From contig CAWHHI010000016.1 of the NCBI GenBank assembly GCA_963829055.1, forward strand, positions 672,001-736,000: a stretch of DNA of 64,000 bases, given 5' to 3'. Shown in pieces: positions 51,480 to 62,333 of this stretch. Made by a program: the position numbers and the translations under genes. Positions within the stretch are counted from its first letter, which is position 1. The number at the start of each line of letters is the position of its first letter. Under the pieces are notes generated by a model, which saw nothing but the letters and a program-made list of their open reading frames with translations, did no database searches and had not been told where the DNA came from. The stretch comes from an uncultured Gemmatimonadaceae bacterium (lineage in GTDB: Bacteria > Gemmatimonadota > Gemmatimonadetes > Gemmatimonadales > Gemmatimonadaceae).

Positions 51480-52974
51480 GGTAACGCCTCCCTGTCGGGC
51501 TTCCGCTTCGGGATCGTCACCATGATCGAGACGATCGCCGCCACCACCATCAGCAGATTGATCGCCAGCGCGAAGAACGCCGCCTGGCGCACGGCGAGAT
51601 TGTCCTGCCGGCCGATATAGCTGATCACACCCTCGATCCACGCGATCGAGCGGTTGCTGCCGCTCAGCGCCGTGAAGACAGTGGCCGAGATGGCGACACC
51701 GAACGACGCGCCTAACGATGACGCCATCTTGTAAATCCCGGCACCACTACCGGCCTGGTGTCGGGCAACGCGGACAGCGCCGCGTCCGTGGACGGCGTCG
51801 CGTAGAACGCGAGGCCGAGGCCGAACAACGTGAAGCCCACGACCGCGAGGACCTTGTAGGTGCCAAGCGTTAGGTTGGTCGGCAACAGACACGCGATGGA
51901 GGCGCCCACGATCAGCGATCCCCAGATCATCGGCCGCCGCGGACCGAACCGCTGCAGCAGCTTCTCGCCAACTCGGATGAACGCCACGATGGCGATGGCA
52001 TAGCCGATCGTCAGGAACCCGGCCTCCTGCGCCGTCATCCCGCCCCCGACCTGCACCAGCATCATCGCCACGATCAGGATGCCGGCAGTTGCGTTGAGCA
52101 GGAAGTTCGAGATCGTGGCGCCGGTGTAGGTCATGTTCCGGAACAGCTTGAAGTCGACGAAGCCGTTGGGGTTGTTGGACTCGATTCGGAAGAACAGCAC
52201 GGCGAAGATGACGCTGGCCGCGAGGAGTCCCAGCGTCGGCAGGCTGGTCCACCCCATGGTCCCGCCCTGAGTGGCCAACACCTGGAGCGAGACCATCATG
52301 ACCATGAAAGTCAGGACTCCCGCGGTGTCGAACTTGTACGCCCCGGTCGACTCGGCTTTGCTCTCGGGCGTTCCGGCTACCATGAGCATTCCGACCAGCG
52401 AGATCGCCGCCGCGGCGAAGAAGATCCAGCGCCAACCGATGTTCGCGGCCATGAGGCCCCCGAAGAGCGCAGCAAAGCCAGAACCGCCCCAGGAGCCTAT
52501 GGACCAGAGCGAGACCGCCCGCTGGCGCGCCGCCCCATGCCAGTACGCCTTCACGAGGGCGAGGCTGGCCGACATGATGAACGCGCCTGACAGTCCCTGA
52601 AGGATTCGACCGAACATCAGGAACGCCGAGGCAAGGCTGCCGGATGGCGCGAACCCGACCAGCAGCGAACCGATGATGCTGAGGACGAAGCCGATCTGCA
52701 CCATCTTCACGCGGCCGAAGCGGTCGGCCAGGCTGCCGACGACGACGATGAAAATGCCGGAGAACAGCGCCGTGATCGACACGGCGATGTTCATCACGCT
52801 GGTCTCGATCCCGAGATCATCCGCCATCACCGGCGAGATGTTCAGCGTCGTCTGCGCAAACAGCCAGAACGCGAGAACGCCGAAGATGATGCCGAACAGG
52901 ACACGATCATTCCCGACGAACCGCGCGCTTTCGTTCATCTGGGACGGTTGCGTGGCCATCGCCGCCTCTTTCAT
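51476..52974 (-). CDS. MFS transporter, NorB/NorC-like (frameshift near 51750)
   Basis: LAFWLFAQT, LADRFGRVK, WSIGSWGGSG, FYATPSTD, GIYKMASSLG. Confidence 0.88.
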
Positions 52975-53008
52975 AGCGTCTCCCATTGTTGGCTCCGGGA
53001 TGTAGGCC

Positions 53009-54685
53009 TCAGCGCGGCGGAGTCACGACGGGCCGCGTGCGAAAGCGAAAGGGCTCGTCCAGCGCGCGCGCCAATCGCACATCGCGTTGGTAGATGTCGG
53101 GCCGGAAGTTCACGCGTCCCGCATCGTCGACCCATGCCGTCCAGTAGAGCAGCAGCACCGGCACTGGGCGCGGCAGATGAACGGTGCGAGTCCGCCGCGT
53201 TCCCGTCGCGCGGGCAGTCGAGTCCGAATTCCAATTCGCGTCGCCGAGAAGAAGCTGCGCGAGCTCGAACGGTCGCTCCACCCTGATGCATCCGGAGCTG
53301 AACGCGCGCGCGGACTCGTCGAATAGCTCGCGACTGGGCGTGTCGTGCAGGTACACGAGATAACGATTCGGGAACATGAACTTGATCAGGCCGAGCGAGT
53401 TCTGCGGCCCGGGGTCCTGGCGCAGTGTGAAGGGAAACGAGGACGCCGAGTATGCCGACCAGTCGATGCGCGACGCGTCCACGGGGCGACCGGAGCGGTT
53501 GAGGACCCGCATTCCTTCGGGCAGCGCGCGGACTCCTCCCCGCTTGAGGCGGGGGAGCATGTCGCGCGCGAGGATACCTGGCGGTACCGTCCACGTGGGA
53601 TTGAAAACGAGGTACGTGATCGAATCCCGAAAGATCGGAGTGCGCCGGTAGGGCAATCCCACGACGGCGCGGCTCCGCCACACGGTGCGCCCATCCCGCA
53701 CGTAGGCAACACTGTATCCCGCGATGTTGACGACGACGAAGGTGCCGTCCAGGTGATGCAGCACCCAGCGGCCGCGCTCGAGGTTGAGGCGGATCTGCTG
53801 GATGCGCTTTCCCACTGGCACGTTCATAGCCGAGCGCGTCCCCTCGCCAAGCACTCCGTCATCGGCGAGGCCAACGCGCGCCTGAAAGCTGCGCACTGCG
53901 GTGGCGAGTGTCGAATCGTAGCGCGTCGAGGTGTCGTGCCCTTGCCTAACGAGGTCACCAGTCGCCTCGAGGCGGCGCTTCAACACCGGCACGCGTGCGT
54001 CAGCGACGCCGACGCGAAAGGCCGGCCCCGCGGGCACTAGCGGCCAGCCGCCGGCGGCCTCGATCTGTCGATAGCGCGCCAGTTCACGCTTGAGCCCAGC
54101 GTAGACTTGGTGGCCGGGCTTCTCGCGCTCCAGCGCCTGATACACGTCGCCGGCGTCGAGCATCCGCTGGATATCCAAGGCCGGCTCGAAACCGCGAATC
54201 TGGCGTGCCATATTCCAGTTTGGATCCACACGTTCGGGATCGACCTTGCCGAACATCAGGTGGTAGCCGAGCCGCACCAGTGCGTCCGTGAGCAGCAGGT
54301 CGTAATCGGCCAGCAACGCGGCGTCCGACTGCCCACTCGCCGCAACCTCGCCGCGGAGGCGCTCGAGGAGCGCTTGATGGTAATCGCGTGGATCGAGCCC
54401 GTCGGCCGCGGCGTCAGCAATGGCGCGGACGAGTTGCTCGATCGTGCGCGCGTCGCGCCACGCCGGGCGGAATCCGCGCCGCTCGTAGAGGTCGGGGAGG
54501 ACGATGACGGACGCGATGCGACTTCCTCTGACGTCGAGCCGACCGGTCTCGCGCAGCGCCTCGACGCGACTCCTCAGCACCTCGCGGATGGCATCGTCCT
54601 GCGCCTCCGCACTCGCCGCCATGCAGTGGAGCGAGAGCATGACGCCAGCGCACAGCGTCGCACGGCGGAGACCATCAGTAGTCAT
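53009..54685 (-). CDS. L,D-transpeptidase, YcbB/LdtD-like, with peptidoglycan-binding domain
   Basis: Signal peptide; AVRSFQ..GLADDG; FNPTW.VP; YLHDTP...RAFSSGCIRV. Confidence 0.93.
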   Translation of the reverse strand: MTTDGLRRATLCAGVMLSLHCMAASAEAQDDAIREVLRSRVEALRETGRLDVRGSRIASVIVLPDLYERRGFRPAWRDARTIEQLVRAIADAAADGLDPRDYHQALLERLRGEVAASGQSDAALLADYDLLLTDALVRLGYHLMFGKVDPERVDPNWNMARQIRGFEPALDIQRMLDAGDVYQALEREKPGHQVYAGLKRELARYRQIEAAGGWPLVPAGPAFRVGVADARVPVLKRRLEATGDLVRQGHDTSTRYDSTLATAVRSFQARVGLADDGVLGEGTRSAMNVPVGKRIQQIRLNLERGRWVLHHLDGTFVVVNIAGYSVAYVRDGRTVWRSRAVVGLPYRRTPIFRDSITYLVFNPTWTVPPGILARDMLPRLKRGGVRALPEGMRVLNRSGRPVDASRIDWSAYSASSFPFTLRQDPGPQNSLGLIKFMFPNRYLVYLHDTPSRELFDESARAFSSGCIRVERPFELAQLLLGDANWNSDSTARATGTRRTRTVHLPRPVPVLLLYWTAWVDDAGRVNFRPDIYQRDVRLARALDEPFRFRTRPVVTPPR

Positions 54686-54915
54686 GCGCCGGAAGTGAAA
54701 ACCCGATCGTGGACCGCGAAGACATCTGAGCGCGCGACGTCAACGGCCCGCGAGGCGGTGTCGATCTGCTGTGCGGCATCAACGTAGTCCTGTGGGCGGT
54801 CTTCCGAGCATATTAGGGGCCGCGCGTCCGCCGCATTACCATCGGCACAGGCCACTTCGCCCAGTTGGATGGTCGCGGCGCGGATCGCCCTCTGCTCCGA
54901 GGTGACAGGGCGGTG

Positions 54916-55203
54916 TCACTCAGTGCGACGGCGAAGCGCGAGCCAACGGTCGCCGGTCGCGACGAGGACGCTAGAGATGATGCCAGAACCAAGCACCGCT
55001 GCAAGCGGGACCGTCACGGTGGGAGGGGCCGTCGCTATCAGCGCGGCCCCCACGGCCATCGTAGTCGTGACCAACCCAATTGCCGAGATGAACCCGATCG
55101 CCGAGGACTCTCTCGGCGTCGCGTGACTCGTCGGGCGGCCACCCATTCTGGACACGCTCGCGGATGGCACCCACATGCGGTTTGGTGCGAGACGTCCATT
55201 CAT
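54916..55203 (-). CDS. Small two-TM protein, partner of paralog 3
   Basis: ATGA overlap with paralog 3; LIATAPPTVTVPLAAVL resembles LAVGVAPFVPIPLAVVL of 43510-43710. Confidence 0.6.
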   Translation of the reverse strand: MNGRLAPNRMWVPSASVSRMGGRPTSHATPRESSAIGFISAIGLVTTTMAVGAALIATAPPTVTVPLAAVLGSGIISSVLVATGDRWLALRRRTE

Positions 55204-55871
55204 GGGTGTATCCTCCGAATCGAAGGAGGTGTGGTGGTGCCTAACGACGAAACCCTGCGGATCACGTCGGTCGTTCGGCGCAGCCAGGTGCCGATCCGCT
55301 GGAACGGCCGTCGGGCGAGTGTCCACGCGGGTCGGCGTGGTCGTCGAACCGGCTCGCGTGCCCGAGCCGCCACCACGCCAGCCGCTTCGGTCATCTGTTC
55401 TGTACGCGGCGCCGGGTCAGGGCGCCATATCGCCCACCGGACACCGGACTTTCGCAGCGCGCGGTAAAGCAGATACGCCACGCCACGCAGCTCGAACTCG
55501 GTCATTGGCGACGGGACGGCGAGTTCGAACCCGAACGAGTCACCCGTGCGGCTGTGGCTGCCCGGCCTGATGAGGGTGGCGATCGGACGATTGCTGGCGA
55601 GGATGACGTCTGTCTCTCCAGCGTCGCTCCGCTCGAGCGCCAGCGGCTCAATGTCAACAGGAACGAGTCGCGTGCCGTGTGTGCGCGAGAGACGGCGCGC
55701 CAGCGTCCGATGCGCAACCCAGGCGGCATGCGTCGCCTCGGTCTCGTCCCCGAACCCTCGGAACCCAATCGTGTCGCCGACGATCCAACCCACCGCCCTG
55801 TCGGCGTCCACCAGGTCCATCTCGAACGGAGGCGGATGGGCGAGCATGTCACGCATAAGCTGGGTAGTCAT
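55200..55871 (-). CDS. Hypothetical protein, paralog 3
   Basis: GGGAG SD; MTTQL...GFRGFGDETEATHAAWVAHRT...SFGFEL...AYLLYRALRKSGVRW. Confidence 0.88.
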   Translation of the reverse strand: MTTQLMRDMLAHPPPFEMDLVDADRAVGWIVGDTIGFRGFGDETEATHAAWVAHRTLARRLSRTHGTRLVPVDIEPLALERSDAGETDVILASNRPIATLIRPGSHSRTGDSFGFELAVPSPMTEFELRGVAYLLYRALRKSGVRWAIWRPDPAPRTEQMTEAAGVVAARAREPVRRPRRPAWTLARRPFQRIGTWLRRTTDVIRRVSSLGTTTPPSIRRIHP

Positions 55872-55944
55872 TGTCTCCCTCTCGGTTGAGGTGTTGGCCG
55901 CGTCGGAACCTTCTAACACGGCAGATTAATCACGCGTTACGAGA

Positions 55945-55964
55945 TATATCCTTGTAAGGAGTAT
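55945..55964. promoter_or_regulatory. Palindromic operator 3, TATATCCTTGTAAGGAGTAT
   Basis: Core TCCTTGTAAGGA (55949-55960), 11/12 match to operator 1, about 83 nt upstream of paralog 3. Confidence 0.75.
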
Positions 55965-55999
55965 TTGGTTCCCACAATCTCGGTGCGGCAATGGACGCG

Positions 56000-56404
56000 T
56001 CAGGAAGCGCGCTTCGGACTCACCGATGTGTCGCTTTCAGCTCCGGCTGGTCGAGCCTGAGTTGTATCCGCCGCTGGCCGATCGAGGACTCCGGCCAGAG
56101 GATCGCCACGGTCGAGCCCCTCGATCGGAGCACCCGAGAGGTACGCCGCGCGGGCGAGTAGCTGGGACGCGACCGAGAGCGTCAGCAGCATGAACGCGAT
56201 AGTGAGGACGCCGGTCAGCGGCCGCGCCACTCCACCAGCCACGAGCACGCCCAACACGACCAGACTCGTGCCGATGCCGCCCGCCTTCGTGGCTGCGTGC
56301 ATCCGCTGAAATACGTCGGGCAACCGAGCGACGCCGATGCTGGCGATGGTGATGAACACCACGCCGGCGCCGAGCAGCACTGTCGCCACAAGGAGACGCG
56401 TCAC
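56000..56404 (-). CDS. mrpG: Mrp antiporter subunit G
   Basis: GVARLPDVFQRMHAATKAG. Confidence 0.92.
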   Translation of the reverse strand: MTRLLVATVLLGAGVVFITIASIGVARLPDVFQRMHAATKAGGIGTSLVVLGVLVAGGVARPLTGVLTIAFMLLTLSVASQLLARAAYLSGAPIEGLDRGDPLAGVLDRPAADTTQARPAGAESDTSVSPKRAS

Positions 56405-56682
56405 TGGCCGCCCCGCTTGCGCTCGAGGAACGCCGCGAAGGCACACGTGGACGCGAAGTTGATGAGTGCAGCCCCGAGGCCGACGTCGAGGAAGGCACTG
56501 CGGCCGGTTGCCAACGAGGTCAAGGCCGAGAGAGAGACCACGACGGCGGTGAGCATATCCAGCGCGACTATGCGGTCGGCGTACCCGGGCCCCTTGAGCA
56601 TCCGATACGCCGCGAGGGCGAGTGACAGCGCGAGCACCGCGATCATCACCGTTGCCATCGTCGAGAGGTCGAACATCGTCAT
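56401..56682 (-). CDS. mrpF: Mrp antiporter subunit F
   Basis: RMLKGPGYADRIVALD. Confidence 0.92.
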   Translation of the reverse strand: MTMFDLSTMATVMIAVLALSLALAAYRMLKGPGYADRIVALDMLTAVVVSLSALTSLATGRSAFLDVGLGAALINFASTCAFAAFLERKRGGQ

Positions 56683-57044
56683 CGAGAGATCTCCCGGGCT
56701 TCGTGCGGTTGACCTTCCATCTGGATGATCCACCGCTCGTAGAGCGCCTTCATTCCGGCGGCGGACGCCCGCGTGTCGGGCGCGTCGAGAAAGTGCACGT
56801 AAATGGTGCGCCGATCGTCAGCCACGTGGAGACACGTCGAGCCCGGCGTCGCCGACACGAAGTAGGCGAAGAGCGCGACACCCCACTCGGTGCGTGCGTC
56901 CACGGGCACGGCAACGATCGCCGGCTGGTTCCGCCGCCCCGGTGCCAGAACGATCCGGGCCACCGCGAGCGAGGCGACAACGAGATCGTAGGCGAACGTG
57001 CCGACCAGCGACACCGCGGCCCAGAACCGCTGGAGTCCGCTCAT
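56679..57044 (-). CDS. mrpE: Mrp antiporter subunit E
   Basis: PAIVAVP, SATPGS, IYVHFLD; operon position. Confidence 0.88.
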   Translation of the reverse strand: MSGLQRFWAAVSLVGTFAYDLVVASLAVARIVLAPGRRNQPAIVAVPVDARTEWGVALFAYFVSATPGSTCLHVADDRRTIYVHFLDAPDTRASAAGMKALYERWIIQMEGQPHEAREISR

Positions 57045-58587
57045 CGTGGCGGTCTCGCCGTGCCGACGGACGGCGCCACGTTAGGCATGGCCGCATCGGG
57101 CGTCAGTTGCTTCGCGGCGATGCGCGACAGCCGTACGGCCGGCTCGATGGCCAGCCCCAGGCCTAACGTGCACGCCGCCAACAGCGCCACGCCGGCAACC
57201 ATCGCGGGCGGAATAGGGCGAGCCGCCTGCCCCTCGCGCGCTCGCGGTCGCCAGAACGCCTGCGTCCACAGCATGCTCATCGAATAGAGCGTCAGGAAAC
57301 CGGTGACCAGGGCGACCGCGACCAGCCATCCCGCTCCGGACGTCCCGCTGCGAAAGGCGGCGTCGATCACGAGCGCCTTCGCCCAGAAACCAGAGAGCGG
57401 CGGGACCCCGGAGATCGAGAGCGCGAGCGCGGCGAACAGCACGGAGAAACGCGGGTGCTCGCGAATCAGGCCACCGAGGGCACGGAGATCGTAGCCTCCG
57501 CTGGCCCGCGCGATCGCGCCGGCACCAAGGAAGAGACCCGTCTGCACGAGCATCGTATGCATTGTATAGAAGATGGCGGCGGCGCTCCCCTGCCAGGATG
57601 CGAGCGCCAGCCCCATCATCAGATAGGCTACCTGCCCGACGACGTGGAACGCCAACAGCCGGCGCACGTCCACCTGGGCGATCGCGGCGAGCACGCTGAC
57701 GAGCATCGTCGCCGTCGCGAGCAGCGCGAAGAGCGGCGGCAATCCCGGACACGACCGCCGTGCCCGTTCCGACGCCGAACACGGCAACGAAGATGCGAAG
57801 GCAGGCGTAGAAGGCGACCTTCGTCAGCAAACCGGCGAGTGCCGCCGCGACGCTGATCGGCGCCGTGTGATACGATGCAGGCAGCCAGAAGAACAGCGGA
57901 AAGAGGCCCGCCTTCAGCACCAACCCGGTGAGCAACAGGTACGCGGCGACGGTCGAGGTCACCGAGGGCACACGACCCGCGAGCGTGGTGGCCAGGTGCG
58001 TCAGGTCCAGCGTGCCCGCCTCACCGTACAGCAGCCCGATACCCACGAGCATGAACGTCGCTCCCATCATGCTCATGGCCGCATAACGAAGCGCGCCGTC
58101 GATCTGGGCGCGACCGCCGATCGAGCGTCATGAGTCCGAGGGCCGTGACGAGCATCAGCTCGAACCAGACGTACAGGTTGAAGAGGTCGCCCGTCAGGAA
58201 CGCACCGTTGACCGCCGCGAGCATCCCGAGGAAGAGCGGGTCGAAACCGGATCGTCTGCGCCGGGCGCGCACGTCGGCGCGCGCGAAGATCGCGACCGCG
58301 AGCGCAACGATGCCGGCGGCCGTGCACAGTGCCCCGCTCAGCGCGTCGGCCACGAACGTCACGCCGAACGGCGTGCCCCACCCGCCGAACTTCATCACGA
58401 TGACGTCGCCGCCCCGCGTCCGCGCGAGCAACAGCGCGGACGCGACGAGCATCGCCGCGACCGCCACTTCCATCACGCTGCGCTGCAGCGCCGGCCAGCG
58501 GCGGACGACTACCGTCAGCGCGGCCGCGCCGAGTGGGATGATGACGGGCCATATCGCGAGGCCGTTCGCGAGCGCATCAGTGCTCAA
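57041..58587 (-). CDS. mrpD: Mrp antiporter subunit D (frameshifts near 58110 and 57745)
   Basis: GDLFNLYVWFE, KAGLFPLFFWLPASY, GLLTKV, GVPPLSGFWAK over three frames. Confidence 0.9.
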
Positions 58588-58962
58588 CGTCCGGCCCCGG
58601 TGCGAGAGGATTGCCGAGGTCCTGTGCGGAATGCAGCTCGTCGCTCCTCAGCGTCTTGTGCGCCCCGCCAGGCGCGGAGCACGAGCGCGGCGAGAATCAC
58701 CGTGAGGGCAAACCCGATCACGATCGCCGTCAGCACGAGGGCCTGCGGCACCGGGTCGGCGGATTCGCCCAGTCGCTCGGCGCCCTCCGCGATCAGCGGC
58801 GGCTGCTGCCGTGCGAATCCGTCCCGCCTGGAACAGCACGAGATTCACCGCCGTCGTGAGCAGCGACAGACCGAGTAGCATGCGCACGACGTGCCGCGAG
58901 AGCACCATGTAGAGCCCGCAGCCGAACAGCCCGGCGGCGACGAACGCATAGAGGACGGTCAC
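58577..58962 (-). CDS. mrpC: Mrp antiporter subunit C (frameshift near 58810)
   Basis: GLYMVLSR..RMLLG..AVNL; DPVPQALVLTAIVIGF in a shifted frame; 3' end approximate. Confidence 0.88.
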
Positions 58963-61704
58963 GACTCCACTTCCCTCGTTAGGCCGAAGAGGAAGGCGAG
59001 CACGGTTCCCAGCACCGCGAGGTAGACGCCGAGGTCGAAGAGAAGCGTCGTGCCCTGCTTGACGTGCACGCCGAGCACGGTCACCTCGATCCAGATGTGC
59101 CGCAGGTAATCGCCGTACACCACGAGCCCGGGGAGTCCGCTCGCCACCGCGAGCAGCAGGCCGCCGCCGACGAGCGTCAGCGGATGGTACCGCAGCTTCT
59201 CACGCGCCCGATCCACCCCGTGGGTGAGCGCGACGATCGCGAAGGCGAGGGCGGCCATGAGACCGCCCACGAAACCGCCACCGATCTCGTTGTGGCCGCG
59301 AAGCAGCACGATCACCGACAGCGCGGCGAGCAACCAGAAGAAGAGCGGGCTGGCGAACGCGAGGACGAACACCGAGCGTCGCGCGCCGCCGGACCTGTCC
59401 TCGAGAGGCAGACGCGGCCCGAGCAGCGACCACGCGATGACGGCCGAAAGCGCGATCACGGTGGTCTCGCCTAACGTGTCGAAGCCCCGGAAGTCCACGA
59501 GGATGACGTTCACGACGTTCCGGCCGAACGCCTCGAGGTAGCTGCGCGCGCCGAAGAACGCAGAGACTTCCGTGTTCTGCGGCGCGGCGCTCATGTCGAG
59601 CAGCGCGACGAAGAGCAGCACGGAGAGCACCGTGGCCACCGCGGCGTCACGCCCTCGCGCGCCACGCGAGCGGGTCGTCGGAGCGCTGAGCGGCAGCACG
59701 AGCAAGGCGGCGGTGAGCAGCACGACGACCAGAGACTCCACCGCGAACTGCGTGAGCGCCAGGTCGGGCGCGCCGTTCATGAGGAACGTGAGCGCGGCGA
59801 CGAGCCCCGTCAGGCCGGTCGCGATCATCGCCGCGAGGAGCGATCGGGCGCGGATGGCGGCGAGACCACCGGCGAGTCCGACCAGCGCCAGTGCCGCCGG
59901 CCCTACGCGCATCGCACCCAGATCGGCCGGCACTCGCGGCCCGCGGCCCGTCGCGACGAGCCCCCAGACCACGAATGCCGCCGCGGCAACGAAGATGACC
60001 CCGAGGTGGTCACGCAGGTCCCCCTGCTGCAGGCGCGCTGGCGATGCCCCGAGAAATCGCGTAGAGGCGCCGACGGAGCGCGTCGTAGGCATGCTCCACA
60101 TCGTACCGGCCGACCCAGATGATGCGCAGTCGATGGTGGATGGGCACCCAGAAGGCGAGAATCAACGCGCCGATGCCGACCACGGCGGTGCTGAGCAGGA
60201 GCATCGGCGTCACGCCGTGCCACAGCGCGACTCTCGCCTCCACCGGCCTGCCGTAGATGGCTGCCACGGCCGGCCGCAACACCACACGGTCCACCCACGT
60301 CGGCTCCAGGCTGATGACCAGCCCGAGGAGCGCCAGGAGCATCGGCCCCACGAGCAGCCCGACCACTTCCCGGTGCCTAACGCTTTCAACCCGCCCGGCG
60401 CCCATGAAGAACGGCCGCAGCGTGACGATGCCGGCGACGCCCACCATCACGGCATTGACGAGCACCGCCACGGCCATTGGCAGCGCATCCCAGGAGCTCT
60501 GGATCTGTGCCTCGAACAGAAACTCCTTGGAGATGAATCCGAGGAAGGGCGGCAGCCCGGCCATCGAGAGGCTCGCGAGGACGGACGCGACCGCCGTGAC
60601 GGGCAGGAACCGCCAGAGGCCGCCCATCTGGCGCAGCTTGGTCAGGCCGGTCGCGTGAATCACCGTCCCCGCACAGAAGAACAGCGTCGCCTTGTACAGC
60701 GCGTGGGCGAGGAGAAACCCGATCGTCGCGACGCTGGCCATGGGTCCATCGAGCCCCACGAGCATGACGAGGATGCCGAGCGAAGCGATCGTAGAGTACG
60801 CGAGCACCGTCTTGTAGTTCTCGGCGCGGATGGCCTGGAACGCCGCGACCAGCATCGTGACCATCGCCACCGTGATGAGCATGTCACGGCCGCCGCGCAC
60901 GGAGCCGATGACGGGCTCGAAGCGCGCCAGCAGGTAGATGCCCAGCTTCACCATCGTCGCCGAGTGCAGGTACGCCGAGGCGGGCGTGGGCGCCTGCATG
61001 GCGTTAGGCAGCCAGAAGTGAAACGGGAACTGGGCCGACTTGGTGAAGGCGCCGAGGAAGATCCCCGCGAGGATCGGGACGATCCAGGGACTCCGCGCCA
61101 GCTCGGGCGCCCGCGCGACCGCGCCGCTCAGCGAATAGCTGCCCAGCGTCACGCCGATGAGGAGGATCGCGGCCAGCAGCGCGAGCCCGCCACCGGCGGT
61201 GACATGCAACGCCATCAGCGCCGATCGCCGCGCTGAAGGACTGTCGACGTCGAAGCCGATGAGCAGGAACGAGAACAGGCTGGTCGCCTCCCAGAAGAGG
61301 AACAGGACGACCAGGTTGTCGGCGAGCACGGTGCCCAGCATCGCCGTCATGAAGAACAGGATCAGGGCGAGGAACCGGGCCCGGTCCGACGGCGCGCGCT
61401 CGACGAGGTAGGCGTCGGCGTAGATCACGACGAGCGCGCCGACGCCGGTGACGAGCAGGCAGAAGAGAAAGGCGAAGCCGTCCAGCCGCAGCGTGAACTC
61501 GACGCCGAGCGATGGAGCCCAGGCCAGCCGCTCCGTCACGGTCTGTCCCGCCTCGATCGTCCCGTGGAAGCCGAGGAAGCCGACGAAGAGCGCCGCGGGC
61601 ACGAGCGCGAGCAGCCAGCCCACTCCTCGGCGGCAGAGGAGTCGACCGACGGGCAACGACAGGGCGCTAGCGACCGACGACGTGGCGAGCAAGACCGCGA
61701 TCAT
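58959..61704 (-). CDS. mrpA: Mrp antiporter fused subunit A/B (frameshift near 60035)
   Basis: FTKSAQFPFHFWLPNAMQAPTPASAYLHSATMVK; APDLALTQ, NVVNVILVDFRGFDTLGE; MrpB motif RGHNEIGGGFVGG. Confidence 0.93.
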
Positions 61705-61876
61705 ACGCGTCCTGAGACGGAATTTTCGGGCGTGTGCAGTCGGCTAGACTGCCTTAGTTCCGGCGCCGCCGCAATCGCAGAGTCGTCGCTCAGTCCCAGG
61801 CTCACTGGCGACAAACCCACCAATCGGGGTCATTGCCCGGGGGACTCACGTCGCGCATTCCGTTACCGGCACTGTG

Positions 61877-62200
61877 CTATCCCTTCCGCGCCCGCTTCTT
61901 CGCGTCGCGCTCGAGCCGCAACCGGAGCTCCTCGAGGGCACGCGTGACTTCGTCGCGCTCCGCGTCGGTCAGCACCACGGCCTGGTCGCCAGTGCGAGCG
62001 AGCCGCTCCGTCACCACGTCGTAGGCCTCCAGCGCCAACCCGCGGCGCCGCTCGTCTGCTGCGCGATCCGCGCTTGCGTCGATGGCATCGAGCAGAGTGA
62101 GGCCGGTGTTCACCTCGGTCAGCAGGAACGCCGCGGCGACGTGGCGTGCGTCCTCGCCGAGACGCTGGGCATGGCGCAAGGCATCGGAGTGCTCAGACAT
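61877..62200 (-). CDS. Small helical hypothetical protein
   Basis: 107-aa ORF, GAGG SD, basic C-terminus KKRARKG. Confidence 0.6.
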   Translation of the reverse strand: MSEHSDALRHAQRLGEDARHVAAAFLLTEVNTGLTLLDAIDASADRAADERRRGLALEAYDVVTERLARTGDQAVVLTDAERDEVTRALEELRLRLERDAKKRARKG

Positions 62201-62255
62201 GTGCCCTCACCCTTTCCGCCCGCGCTTCTTCTCGTCCGCGCGCGAACACCTCGCC

Positions 62256-62333
62256 GAGATCGACTGATTCGTCGTCGACCCGCAGTCGCAGCACGTCGAG
62301 ATTGTCGCCGTAGTAGAGCCGGTTGGTGGTCAT
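62256..62333 (-). pseudogene. N-terminal remnant of an N4/N6 DNA methyltransferase
   Basis: MTTNRLYYGDNLDVLRLRVDDESVDL, diverging just before the expected xYxDPPF motif; frame ends at TGA 62193. Confidence 0.7.

Noticed and set aside
57041..61704. Decayed or programmed-frameshift mrp operon
   Set aside because: All subunit motifs are intact, no slippery-site pattern seen, and similar indels occur throughout the window.
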